A stretch of DNA of 51,514 nucleotides, the filler included, from Basidiobolus ranarum (Eukaryota): the NCBI GenBank assembly GCA_040143965.1. It is 2 parts of 2 records of this genome, joined end to end, with 100 filler letters (N's around TTAATTAATTAA, not from the genome) between each part and the next. Parts side by side here need not be neighbours in the genome. Positions count along the whole stretch, not along the records: positions 25,834 to 51,514 come from JASJQH010007016.1; 1 more part is not named here. One strand, given 5' to 3'. The notes below the pieces were generated by a model. The model ran no database searches. It had not been told where the DNA came from and was given only the letters and a program-made list of their open reading frames with translations. The translations under genes were made by a program, and so were the position numbers. This document shows positions 39,962 through 51,514 of this stretch, in pieces (within the stretch, counting starts at the first letter, position 1; each line of letters begins with the position of its first letter).

Positions 39962-40902
39962 ATGAACCTTGCCAATAATGACAAGATTGCCCACAACAAA
40001 GACACCAACTGTAGCGCTCCCAGTGGGCCGGTTCCCAACACTGTCCCACGGGTTCAGCACAGCAAGCGTGACTTTGTGGAAAAATTAGTTGGTAAGTTGA
40101 AGAATAAAAGCAAACACTACGGGTTTTCAACACTTTATTGAAGCGAAATACCGTAGTTGTTTTTCAACCAAGCTGACGACAGCCATTAACGACTTTGTTC
40201 TTTATGTTACTTGCAGACGTTTCTGCTCTTGTTATCGAGTCCATTTGGCCCAATCCACCCACCTCAGCTTATTCCACTCAAGTATTGGGTTTGAAAAGCT
40301 TTATTAGAGAGACGCTCAAACGTTCCAAGACCACTTTCTGTACCCTCCTTACCGCTCTTATTTACATTTTACGTATCAAGGAGTATATCCCCAAGTCAGA
40401 TGGTTTTTTTAGGGCCAATCAGTTATCTGAACCTGGTACTAACCATCCTCTTAAGGAGTCTCCCATTACCACCAACACTTTACTTGCCGATATGGACACC
40501 CTATCTTTTACTTTAATCAAGTGTGGAAGAAGAATGTTTTTAGCTGCGCTTATTCTTGCTTCTAAGTTTCTTGCTGACCGGAGTTGTTCCAACCGAGCCT
40601 GGGCGAAAATTACCGGCTTACAAGTTGGTGAGATCTCTGCTTGTGAGTTAACTGTTCTACGTCTACTTGATTATCGTCTCTTTATATCCACCACCGTATT
40701 CTCACGTTGGTCTACTTTACTCTTTGAACAGGGTAACAATTCCCTCACCCCCACCCCTACCCCTACTCCCAACCTCACTAATCTAACCTCACCTCAACTT
40801 CGTAAGTTGAATGTAGAAGTCCAACCTGGTTCCCTTAACCATACACCTTTACCTTTACCTACCAATGTTACAACCTTGTATAATTTCTCTTCCTTAGTGT
40901 AA
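39962..40902 (+). CDS. Pho85-type cyclin, Pas1/Pcl5-like; exons 39962-40091 and 40217-40902
   Basis: FVEKLVD...IESIWP, LKSFIRETLKRSKTTFCTLLTALIYILR and CGRRMFLAALILASKFLADRSCSNRAWAKITGL cyclin-box motifs. Confidence 0.9.
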
Positions 40903-41780
40903 ATATATTCTTCCCTTTTTCATATATATGATGATTTGTTGAATTAGAAATGATTCATGATTAGTGAAATGGATTATTGGATACATTGATTGATTTACCT
41001 TTCTCTTTTCCCCCACCTTTCCTTATCATAAGCAGGGTTCTTATGAATCATTGGAAGATATATCCGGTGATGATAATGATTAGAAAATTCTTATCCTTCA
41101 TCCAGATATTATTATTATTATACTATGGGAATGATGAAATAGTATTATATGATTAGAAATAATCAATATTTATCTATCATGTAGAATTTTTCATCACTTC
41201 CCTTTGTTAGAGTGATGAAGATGATAAAAAAGGGGTGGAGGGGAGGATTAAGGGGATAGGATATTTTTATCACTATCTCCATTCCCATTCCCATTTCCTT
41301 AATACGATCCATTGCTTTTGGAATGTATATTATAAAAAAAAAATTCTTATGAAAATCATTCAACCTTCCAATTTCCGCAATTTCTTTATAAGATTATTTG
41401 AATCGAAATTATTTTGTTTTTCTGACTATGGAATCAATCTTTTTAAAATGAAATTGGTTGGTTTTAGTGGGGGGGGGGATTTTTTTTCGTAATTATTTGG
41501 AGTAAAGAGGGAAAGAAAGAATTGTTTTTTACCATTCTATATCAAATCCAATTTTCCTTTTCATTCAAAAAATATTTTGAAATGTTCATTGAATTTTACT
41601 TACATATATTGTCGATGTTTAAAATTAACATAAAAGTAATCTCAGTTTTTTTGGTAAGACTAGGATGAAGAATTATGGGAATCATTTGAAAATAAGATAT
41701 AGGGTTAGGATATACTAAGGAATCCCGATGAATAATCGAATTCATTCAATTTCTACCATAATATTTATTATGAATATTCA

Positions 41781-44776
41781 TCAACTAGTGATATTTCGAA
41801 TAGTACGTGTGAGTGGTTTAAATCTTTTGGAGAACATATTAGATCCAGTAGATTTAGTAGGTGTAGAGGGTAAAGGTAAAGGTAAAGATAAAGGTGAGGG
41901 TAAAAGAGAAGGGGAAGTTAAAGGTGAAGAAGAAGAGGAAGAATGAATATTATAATTGGATTCATGGTGAGTTTTAAATGAATCTAAATTCATTTCTTGT
42001 TTGGTTGAATATTTATATGGATGTACTCTACGTTTTTCTTTCACTTCCAATGGATTCTCAGTTTCTTCAGTTGAATAAGTTATATCTTCTGGACTATATG
42101 GTTCCTCATATATGGTTGGATTATTATCATCTCTAGGATCACTAGTTAACCTAGTATTGACGGAGATTCCTGGAAAGTTACGTAAACTTTCCGCACTCTT
42201 ACTAGATCTAGGGATTCTAGAGGATAGGGTATTACGAATACTAGGTGTTATGGGTATCGGGGGTGAAATTTCCAAATTGGCGAAAGAAAACTCGTAATTT
42301 GGTAGTTCTTCTGCCGGCGGTGTTCCCAGAGTATGTTTAATACGATGCATATTGGGTAAGGATGGTTTTCGTGAACCGAGTTTACTCTCTTGATCCCCAT
42401 ACCGATTGGGTGAATGGCCTATAGTGAAATGGAGGTGGTTTTTAATACTTCCCAATGCATCTCTAATACCACCATTATGTTGCTTCTCCCACACAGTCTC
42501 TTCATCAATACTACTATGATTTGACGAAGCAGTAGAGAGGGTGGTCGGATAAGTCAAAGTGGACGTGCTTGAAGGTGTGGTTTTATCCATCAATTTGTCG
42601 AATTTTTTCTTGGGCTCTCGCGACATACTGATTTCATCGACTTGACGTTCGGTAATCCATGGTTGAGAAAGAAGGTAATGAAGGATGACTTGTTGAGTGG
42701 TGTATATACTATCCAATTCTTTCTTTTTGTGTCGATTGTTCATCGGCTTTTCGTACCCTAATGGGCTTCCGGGATTTTCAGAAGAGAGTGAGTTGGAGCT
42801 GAAGGGAAAGAATTTCGATTTCGATTTTAAAAAATTCTGTGAAGGCGTCGAAGGGTACTTAGGTCCAGCAAGGTAACAGCGAAGTACCGATAAAAGTGTT
42901 TGAACACGAGGATCATCCTCAAGTCGATTTAATGAGGTTGATTTCCCTTTATCTTGATTAAATGTATATGGAGTAGCTGGTGACATAGGTGCCGTATTGG
43001 TTCCGGATTTTTTCGTTGCTGCCAATAAGTAGGTAATATCCATAATGAACACACCAAGGAACGGAACTGTAGGTTTGGTCAGTGGAAGGATATGTTTCGA
43101 TGTGTTTACATCAGATAGCATATCCCCTCCAATCGTTATTTCCCGATATTTCCCATAATTATTATCTTCGCTCATTAGTTCTCGAAGAGAATCTAATCGA
43201 GATAGCGTTTTCTTGGGGATACAATTCCAAGTACGCTTTAGTCTTTGTACAGGTGGTGTCCCGGTGGCGCTTAACACTGCTTTCAAGGTCTGGAAGTTAC
43301 AAAGATCGTATAGGCGCGAGGCGATTCTGATCCAGTGGTTCAGAATTTGAGCTCGATCAGACGCTTCCATCGGAGATAAAATGGACATCTCAATGACTCT
43401 AGTTAAATAATTGAAAAAATCCGTTGAAGCCACAATGGCGGGATGAGGAGATCGAGGGGAATGTGTGAGGAATGCGTTAGGAGGTATTCGTTGGAAAAGC
43501 GCGGATTCAATCAAAGTAAGTTGATACGCAACAAGACGAGGTGGGAAGGTGGTAATATGGGTGGATGCTGCCGCCAACTGTACCAGGTTGTTAATCTTCC
43601 CTAATGTTGACTGAGTTTCGGTAATGGTCAAATTTAAACCTTGAGCTTTTTCGATCATAGCTGAATCCTCTTTTTGTTTGTGTTGCTCAGGTCTAAGAGT
43701 ATGTACAGAGTTTTTTCGACACACGTTATGTAAAACCACCATCTCGCTATTAACTGCTTCCAGTTTTTCGCTAAGTGTATGGTAGCTAATAAGTAAAGGT
43801 GACTTGGGAATCAAGGGAACATGATGATTCGTTAAGGTTTCTTCGTTGTCAACTTGTGCCGGCACAAGATTCAAAGGATCCACACTCCCTTCGGGAACTA
43901 TGTGAATGTACGTTTGTTGTGGGAGTATCATGGCCTTTGGTATAGACAGTGTTGGCGCTTTGTGTGTATGGTAGTTGGGGGAATCAGGAGGGGAGATAGC
44001 GGAAAATAATTCACTCTCTATGGAATCCTCATACAAATGACAATCAGGTGAGTCTGGAGGAGATATAGCAGAAAACACATCATTTTCTGGAGAATTGAGT
44101 GAAGTCGATTGATCAGAATCATCACAGCTCCAATCTTTAGGTTAAGGAAACGTTAGTTGCTGCAGTTCAATTAAACGTTTTAAAATTGAAGTCTATACCA
44201 TAGTTTTCATCACTAAACACTGACATTGGTTGAAAATCGTCATGGATTATAGCGAGTCTTTTCAATGGTTTTGTTGTGACCATTCTTTTCCTTGGTGTAT
44301 TGGTTTGATATCTAAATTCTAGTTCTTCGTTTTTGTTGAGTTCTTGTTGGAGCGAATCTTGAAGAGATTGATAGGAAATTTGAGAAGACTTCGCTTGTGT
44401 CTCTATATTCATAGAATGTTTCTGAATAATTGCATGGGCTTCGGCAACTGATTTTTGACAAGCATCGAAGATTTGGTTGACCAGACGTGGTTTTTTGATG
44501 ATGACTGAGTAAATTCGACTGAGGGGTCAGTTTACAGAATACACTTCATGGAACATAAGGAAACTAGTTTACCTTGCTTTTCAAAGACAACTGATCTCAA
44601 AGTATTTGTAGCAGTTTCGAGGGTATTCAAGTAAAAGAAATAGGCATCCTATTTTTGGTAATAAGATGTAAGCGAAAAGAAGTCACAAACGCCTCAAAAG
44701 TCATTTTACATACTTCAAATACACCGTCTCCTTGGCAGGCTGAAGCTCTTTTGAGAAACTGTTGTATCTCTTCCAT
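41781..44776 (-). CDS. RasGEF (CDC25-homology) protein with an MIT-like N-terminal helical domain; 4 exons, ATG at 44776
   Basis: GEF motifs VAYQLTLIESALFQRI, FNYLTRVI, RAQILNHWIRIA, NFQTLKAVLSA, PVQRLKRTW, NYGKYRE and PTVPFLGVFIMDITYL. Three upstream GT-AG introns link an ATG exon in frame to the 765-aa ORF. Confidence 0.88.
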
Positions 44777-45817
44777 CAGACTTACTAGGTAAGTGTGAAG
44801 ATAAACTTGTAAGGTATAGATATGTATTCAAACGCGAAGTGATAAAGAAATAAAAAGGAGTATTCAGAATAGCGGATAGATTAAGTCAAGATGAAGAATG
44901 TATGAAATGCTATGGGTATAAAACAAAACAATGAAACAAAGAAAGCCGTATCAACACTGAATTGAGAGGATAGTTTGTCCTGCACTTCTGATACACAAAC
45001 TGCTTAACTAGGCAGTACAATGGGAAGGGATTTCTTAGGCGAATAAGGTGATTTCCTACTTTGAATAGGGAACAATAGTAATTTAAAGAAACAATGGCGA
45101 GCATTTAGAGAAAATGGAAGTATCTTAATTTGAATTAATTATATGACCAAATACATGTACCAATTGTGAGCAAATAGTCAAGCCATGCATATGGTGAAGT
45201 TGGATCGTGCATACAGCCTAATTTTTTAACATGGGAATTGGAATGGAAATGATGAGTAATTAGCGTGAAGTTGGGGTTAGGGTTAGAGAAGTTCAGCAGA
45301 GTTACTCCAACCAAATCCATCCGCTATTGGGCCTTGAGCGCACTTGTGCTATTTAAAGCTCGTGTCGTCACTATTATAGAAGCAGCAGTAGAAATCAGTA
45401 GAATATACATATGTACTTACTTGCTTATTTGGGCTCACTTGACAGAACCTACTTTTCTTATTTGGGTTAACTACATAGAGCTTATTTTCATCCCCAAAAT
45501 TCTTATTTATGAGCTCCAAGAGCTAAATGAATTCTCTACAGAATAAGAACATAATGGAAGGATCCTATCAGTATGAAAATGAAATACACCTTGACATTCT
45601 AGACATGTGTTACACCAATCATAGAAAATCTCTGTACGATGACATTCTTGAATTTAAAAGGCTCTATAGCTATATTGGTATGACCTTCCTAGATAGGGAT
45701 ATCTTTTCAAATGCATTTTCATTTAGTTTCTTATAAACCGCTGGCCAACCCCTTATCGTTCTTGCGCAAACGTACGAATGAATTTGCTTCTCTAAACTAG
45801 ATAGAACTTCTCGTAGC

Positions 45818-47801
45818 ATGAGCGAAGAAAAGACCCAAAAATCCGAAATAACGGAGACTATCTACGATATCGAAGCCAACGAAGCCAACGATTCTAAAGG
45901 CTCGATGCATAGCCTCGATGAAGACATCTCTGATCTTGCCTTAAAGATGGGCGCCATTGAACCCGAAGTCGAGACTCGTTGGGATCATTTCATGGTGTGG
46001 CTTTATCGATATAATCTTCTTCAACGAACAGCAATATTGGTATTACCTGTGGATGCTCTATTTGCTCTCATTGCTGCAATGGACTTTACAGTATTTAGAA
46101 GAGTAAACGTTGGCGGCATTACGTTGGGTTGGTGGTGTGTTTTCGTCATTATACTGTGGTCCACATATTTTCTATCAAGAGTTTTGGTACACGTTTTACC
46201 CAATCTGCTGGAGTTGATATTCGGACAGCTTACTTCACTGATAAAGCTGTATATCGGATATATTCGTAAATTGCATAATTATATTTCATTTGTCATTTTC
46301 TGTATCGTGTCCTGGGTCTTATTTGAAGCGGTGATTGTAACTAACAACAACTACACAGCTAATTGGCCGAGAATGGTGTATATAGTTTTGGTGGTGTCAG
46401 CCGCAGCTGTTACTCTAGAAAAGCTATTTCTTCAAATTATCGCAGTGAAATTTCACAGAGCCGCATATCAAGATCGGCTTCTGCTGAACCGTTATGCCAT
46501 TAACATCATCAATAAATTGGCAGAGTTTACCACGGAGCGTGAAAAGGAGCAGCCCATCATTGATGATATGAGTTCTCACAGGAAGCCTAAATTCACGGTT
46601 TTCAGGCTTTTATCTCAGACGAAGAATGCTCTGGACAAGACTACCTCAGCCCTAGGAACGATTGCTTCCGAAGTTGCTGATGGAAGCAACACCCAAACCG
46701 AACCATTCCAAGCCATTCAGAATTCCCATGATGCTCGTGTGCTTGCCAGACGAATTTTCTATGCCCTGTGTCCTCCTGGAAAGAGCGTCATTACTGTGAA
46801 TGAGTTTAAAGAAGTATTCAACACAGCTCAGAGGGCCGAACGCGCCTTCTTATTTTTCGATGAATACAGTAGAGGTGATATAGTTAGAAATGATATGATT
46901 CTTTCTATTCAAGAGATATTTCGTGAGAAACGAGCCTTGACCAAATCACTTCAAGATCTAGACAAAGCTATAGGTAAGTCCACGTATAGTCAGGGAAGAT
47001 GTGGGTGGAAGTTCTAACGGATTCTCTCTTTTTAGCCAAGCTAGATTCCATCCTGATGGCAATCGTCTATGTGATCGTCATTCTTATCTTGGTGTCCACT
47101 TTCGTCTCGGACTTCGGGACCTATATTGCCACGGCTGGCTCCATATTGGTAGCTGTTAGTTTCATGACAGGCTCTACTGCTCAGGCAGTATTCGAGAGTA
47201 TTGTGTTCCTCTTTGTCCGCCATCCCTTTGACGTAGGCAAGTATTTCATTGATTTTATTCCTGCGATTGACTCGATATTTACCATGATAATACATAGGGG
47301 ATCGCGTGGATATTGATGGGGATTCTTTTGTTGTGAAAGAGATGGGCCTTCTAAGTACAGTCTTCGAGACACTTGAAGGAGCTGTGGTCATCATCCCAAA
47401 CAACAGCATATCCGGCTCTAAAATTCATAACGTACGCCGCTCAGGAGACCTCTCCGAGGTGATCCGTATCCAGGTAGACACCTCTACTTCATGGAGTCAA
47501 ATTCAGCAACTCGAAGTGAAGTTGCTTCAATTCCTTAATGACAATGGTCGGGAGTTCCGAAATGAAACCAAGATCACCTTGAGTGAATTCCCGGACCCTA
47601 ATCGTATGACCTTTGAAGTGGAGATCCCATATAAGGGAAATTGGCAGGATGATAATGAGTATTCTAAACGCAGAAATATGGTACGTTTCCATTTCCAACC
47701 TCATTTTCCAACTTGTAATTAATTTATTTCTTTTACAGTTCATGCTTGCTTTGAGGGATGCAGTGTCAAGTACAGGAATCACCTATCATGGGATGGGCTA
47801 G
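45818..47801 (+). CDS. MscS-like mechanosensitive channel (Msy1/Msy2 type); exons 45818-46973, 47036-47236, 47298-47680, 47739-47801
   Basis: EKLFLQIIAVKFHRAAYQDR, ARVLARRIF, EF-hand-like AFLFFDEYSRGDI, SIVFLFVRHPFDVGDRVDIDG and IPNNSI...IHNVRRS. Confidence 0.93.
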
Positions 47802-48052
47802 GACTAAGACTATAGCTAGAGACCTTCACACCTGTAAATAGCTGCAACTAATCGTCCCATTCAGTTATCTATTAATATGGCTATAATTTATGGCGATAAA
47901 TCAAATAAGGTTATTTATAAATTCTATTCAGTTATACTATTTACAGTTTTAGTGGGAACGATGTTTAAGACTGGGGGGAGCGAGCACGGGAACTGGGGCG
48001 AGAGCGGGAACGGAAACTGGCCATGGTTTGGTGTGCATAAGGAAGATATCAC

Positions 48053-49425
48053 TTAGAGTTTGATGTTCTCGAAATCATCCTCATTCCATCCGTTGGGCTT
48101 TTTGTTGTATTCCAGTGTCTCTTCAGTTACCGTGTAGTCCTTCTTTTGTTTCGAATGGGACTGTGACTGTTCTCCAATTTCGAGACTTTCCATACTTGCA
48201 CTGGGATCAGGTTTAGCTTGGGACAGTAGTTTCACCCCATATATGAGCGCAAAGATACCCAGAAGAATTAATGCGAGTACCCATATCTCGTAGGTAGCAA
48301 TTTGATTCAGATAAATGATGGTATTGATCAGTCCCATCGATGTATAGAATCCAAAGAATATCGGAACAATCAGTACTGAATCCGCTAGTTTCAGTCCAGT
48401 ATTAAGACAGTAAATCTTCAATTGCATCAGTTAGCTATAGATTCAGGAGATACGTGATAACCGTGCAATAAAGGAAGTTACCTGGATGATCGATGTTGCT
48501 ACCAACCCTACCAAGATTAGGTAGGAGAAGCTATCGGTGAATTGGTTTGCTTGTGTCAAGGTGATCGTGACCAATTTCACTCTAAATAAGATATCCAATC
48601 AGAAGTCTGAGAAGTACATGAATGATTCTGTGCACTTACCCGCTCTTTGCGAGTAGTAGAGTTTGACTGGCAACCAAGCCTCCAATACCTGCCATACACA
48701 TTCCAAGGATCTTCTGTAGCCTTCTACGGTCTACTACATACCCGAACAAAGGTACACGACGATTTAAAGTACCTTCTAGGCAATGTTTTGCGTAGAGGCC
48801 GACAAACAGACAGACTAGAGTGACCACATCAAGGATAGAAAAGTATGCTATGAATACTGGTCGTAGATACAAAGACTTAAGACGATCCAGGGTTAGGTCA
48901 TTTTCAGCTATAAATAGAAAAAGTCAACTCTCATCCATAACAATAACTATATTAGAAGGTTCAAACCATCTTCTCCAGTCCCTCTACCACCCCATATGAC
49001 TATCCAAATGACACATACAATGACCACCGCAGTTCCATAAATATCCTTGCGAGTGATGGGGGTACCAACCAACATTTTAGCGAAAATGAAATTAAAGATT
49101 AGGGAAACGGCACCGAGAGGAGCAACCCATTGAGTTTTGAGGTAATCTGAAAATATGAACATTGTCAATACATTGCAGCATAGAAAACATCTAGCCAAAA
49201 GAACTTACTAAGCGCGATGGTATTACCAAACATTTGGCTCCCCGCGTAAAGATATAAACCGATATGCCAGCTTACGCGTAGGAATTCGTGCCTCTGATAT
49301 TCAACCGGAAGGGCTTCGTTGCGAGAATGATCCCGCTTCATGATATTGAGACCTAAAGCATTGAGAAACGAAGCGGCCAAAGATACGATGAAGCCTATAA
49401 TGTAATCCATAAATGCTGGTGCCAT
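48053..49425 (-). CDS. NIPA/DUF803-like magnesium transporter family membrane protein; 5 exons
   Basis: IGFIVSLAASFLNALGLNIMKRDH, WHIGLYLY, WVAPLGAVSLIFNFIFAKMLVG, GLVASQTLLLAKSGVKL and QIYCLNTGLKLADSVLIVPIFFGFYT. Exons 49425-49209, 49146-48967, 48907-48640, 48581-48482, 48415-48053. Confidence 0.88.
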
Positions 49426-50214
49426 AGAAGTACACCGGTTAAAGACTTGGGATGATGAGAGTTATCACTAAAGAGACAGTTAATGTTACGAACAATCAAA
49501 ACAAAGTGAAAGGGTTTGCTAATAAATGACTTTATTTGAGGTATTTTCTGAGCTGTTTGCCAATGGGGATTTAAGGTGATTTTAAGGGAGATTTTCTTAT
49601 GTGGCAGGAGAATTAGCAATGGGGAATAGCAAGTGCTGCATATACACTCTAGTAGCATCGAAGTTTATTGAAGCTTGCTACATTAAAAAATAAACTTCAT
49701 TCAGCAGTAACCAGCAGAAATATGAAGGCGTGGTCGAGGTAGCCTACCCTGTCCTGCAATGTAATGCAAGTCGATGGAGTGAGTTCAATCTATGACACTT
49801 CGAATTATTCTTCAATCTAGGACACTTCGAATCACTCAGTGCCATAACGCGTTTTCATGTATCTTGCCCATATTTATGCTGGAGTTTGAGTCATTAGTTT
49901 GTTTTATTGAGCCACATCAACCGAGCCATTTCTATTGATTACAATAGTACTTCTTAATAGACCTCCTTCAAGACTGGGGTTATCTGACACTTGTTGTGGA
50001 TTTTATACCCATTTTCTCTAGAAGCGTATACTTGCCTGTGTAGTGCTGTAATAGGGACTGGGACATATTAAATACGAGATAAGTCAAGAAATATGTAAAC
50101 CATAATATAATCCATTTGCACCATTGTGCGTTCGGTGATAGCTGACTAAATAATGTAACTTAGATATGATTTAGGAAATAAGCAGAAGAACTAGCTATTT
50201 ATTGAAAAATAGCT

Positions 50215-50449
50215 AGTTGAAATTAGCATCGCCTAAACACCTATATAGTCCTATATAGCTCAGTATTTAGTTATTCTATATTGAACCAAGATATCACCCA
50301 TTATTTGATATTGGAATTTACTTAGAATATTGAGACCAACTAAGAAGTTTTCAGATATATAGATTTTTCAAGCTTGTGCTAGAAGCCCCAAGCTTTGCAT
50401 GCATGTTCCTGGGACTTTCCTTAACACATTCTACATGTTTGTTTATATC
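50215..50449 (+). mobile_element. Solo-LTR-like repeat, copy E (3'-truncated)
   Basis: AGTTGAAATTAGCATCGCCTAAACACCTATATAGTCC... follows the family consensus for about 235 nt. Confidence 0.7.
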
Positions 50450-50601
50450 AAGACTAAGCTATTGTTGGATAATTAATCTTTTTCAACACCTGAGTTAACT
50501 CTAGTTATGATACATATATGAGAAACATAATGTAACAAATCTATGGCAACTATATTCTATTTTGGAGTATCTCTATATCTATATAACCAGTGTGTCTTAT
50601 T

Positions 50602-50948
50602 TGTTACAGTATTTTGGGAGCCGGTTGGAAGTGGTTTAGAGAAACTAGGAAAGTCATGGTTTCACTTTTGATCTATTGAGTGGAAGGTTTATATCGATAG
50701 TTTTGTCAAGATATAAATACACCAGAATGTAGAATGTGTTCAGGAAGATCTCAAAAGCACGTGTGCAAAATTTGGGGCTTGTGGCACAAGCTTGAATAAT
50801 CTGTATCTCTAAGAACTTCTAAGTTGGAAATAATTTTACAAGTAAGCTCCAATTGAGAATAGAGGGCAATATCTTGATGAGATATATGAAAACTAAATAT
50901 TAAGCTATTTATGACTATATTGGTGTTTAGACAATCCTAATTTCAAAA
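50602..50948 (-). mobile_element. Solo-LTR-like repeat, copy F
   Basis: Reverse-complement, full-length, diverged copy (TGTTACAGTATTTTGGGAGCC...CCTAATTTCAAAA on the + strand). Confidence 0.7.
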
Positions 50949-50964
50949 GTTTACATGCATTAAT

Positions 50965-51028
50965 TCATTGAGTTGAAAGTTGATATTTATAGCTTTGTCA
51001 AGATGTGAGCAAACTAACATGTCAAATG
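50965..51028 (-). mobile_element. Internal fragment of the same repeat (copy G)
   Basis: ATTGAGTTGAAAGTTGATATTTATAGCTTTGTCAAGAT...AACATGT matches the interior of copy B (around 3657-3720). Confidence 0.6.
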
Positions 51029-51375
51029 TGTTGAAATTAGCATTGCCAAAGCACCTATATAGTCATATATAGCTTAGTTCTTAGTCATCTTATATTTCAC
51101 TAAGATATTACCCATTATTCTCAATCAGAACTCACTTGGAATATTTTTTCAAACTTAGAAGTTCTCAGATATCTAGATTTTTCAAACTTGTGCTAGAAGT
51201 CCCAAACTTTGCACACATGCCTTGAGCTCTTCCTGAACTTATTCTACATGCTGGTGTGCCTTTATGTTGACAAAATAATTGATATTTTCTCTCCACTCAA
51301 TAAGTCAGTAGGCAAGAACCATCAATTTCTCTAATTGGCCAAACCACTTCCAACAGGCTTCCAAGTGCTTTAACA
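51029..51375 (+). mobile_element. Solo-LTR-like repeat, copy H (full length)
   Basis: TGTTGAAATTAGCATTGCC...AAGTGCTTTAACA with intact termini. Confidence 0.75.
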
Positions 51376-51514
51376 GGTTATGAGCCCTGAGCTTCCACTC
51401 TCTGTAGCATCTACTTCTCAAATATTGGGAACTTTTCCCTCTTCTAAAAAATTGGATGCCACCTATTATCAAGTTGGGGAAGTTAAAATAAAAATGTTGC
51501 TGCAAGAAAAAGGA

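Overview
Eukaryotic, AT-rich, intron-rich DNA with short (~55-130 nt) GT-AG introns and CTAAC/CTGAC-type branch points. The gene content is fungal, and the style suggests an early-diverging fungus such as Basidiobolus (inference only). About 1-14 kb, 21.6-26.7 kb and 49.7-51.5 kb are gene-poor. Two of these (1-14 kb and 49.7-51.5 kb) hold a family of ~290-350 bp TGTT...AACA solo-LTR-like repeats. The first also holds two small TATA-driven orphan ORFs and a frameshifted Gly-rich gene relic. A 100-nt artificial gap spacer sits at 25734-25833. Spliced genes reconstructed by hand: Ssh4-like SPRY adaptor, PalB/Rim13/calpain-7, YakC-like aldo-keto reductase, a UBAP1-like UMA+UBA protein, Chs5, Kxd1, two orphan secreted proteins, Bud14/Tea4-like SH3 protein, Pas1/Pcl5-like cyclin, a RasGEF with an MIT-like N-terminus, an MscS-like channel and a NIPA-like transporter. 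Best leads: the animal-type UBAP1-like ESCRT-I candidate, the MIT-like/RasGEF fusion carrying a repeated motif conserved only at protein level, a local concentration of endosomal-trafficking genes, a 4-nt micro-exon and a GC-AG intron. No rRNA, tRNA or CRISPR array was seen. Family calls rest on remembered motifs, not on searches.
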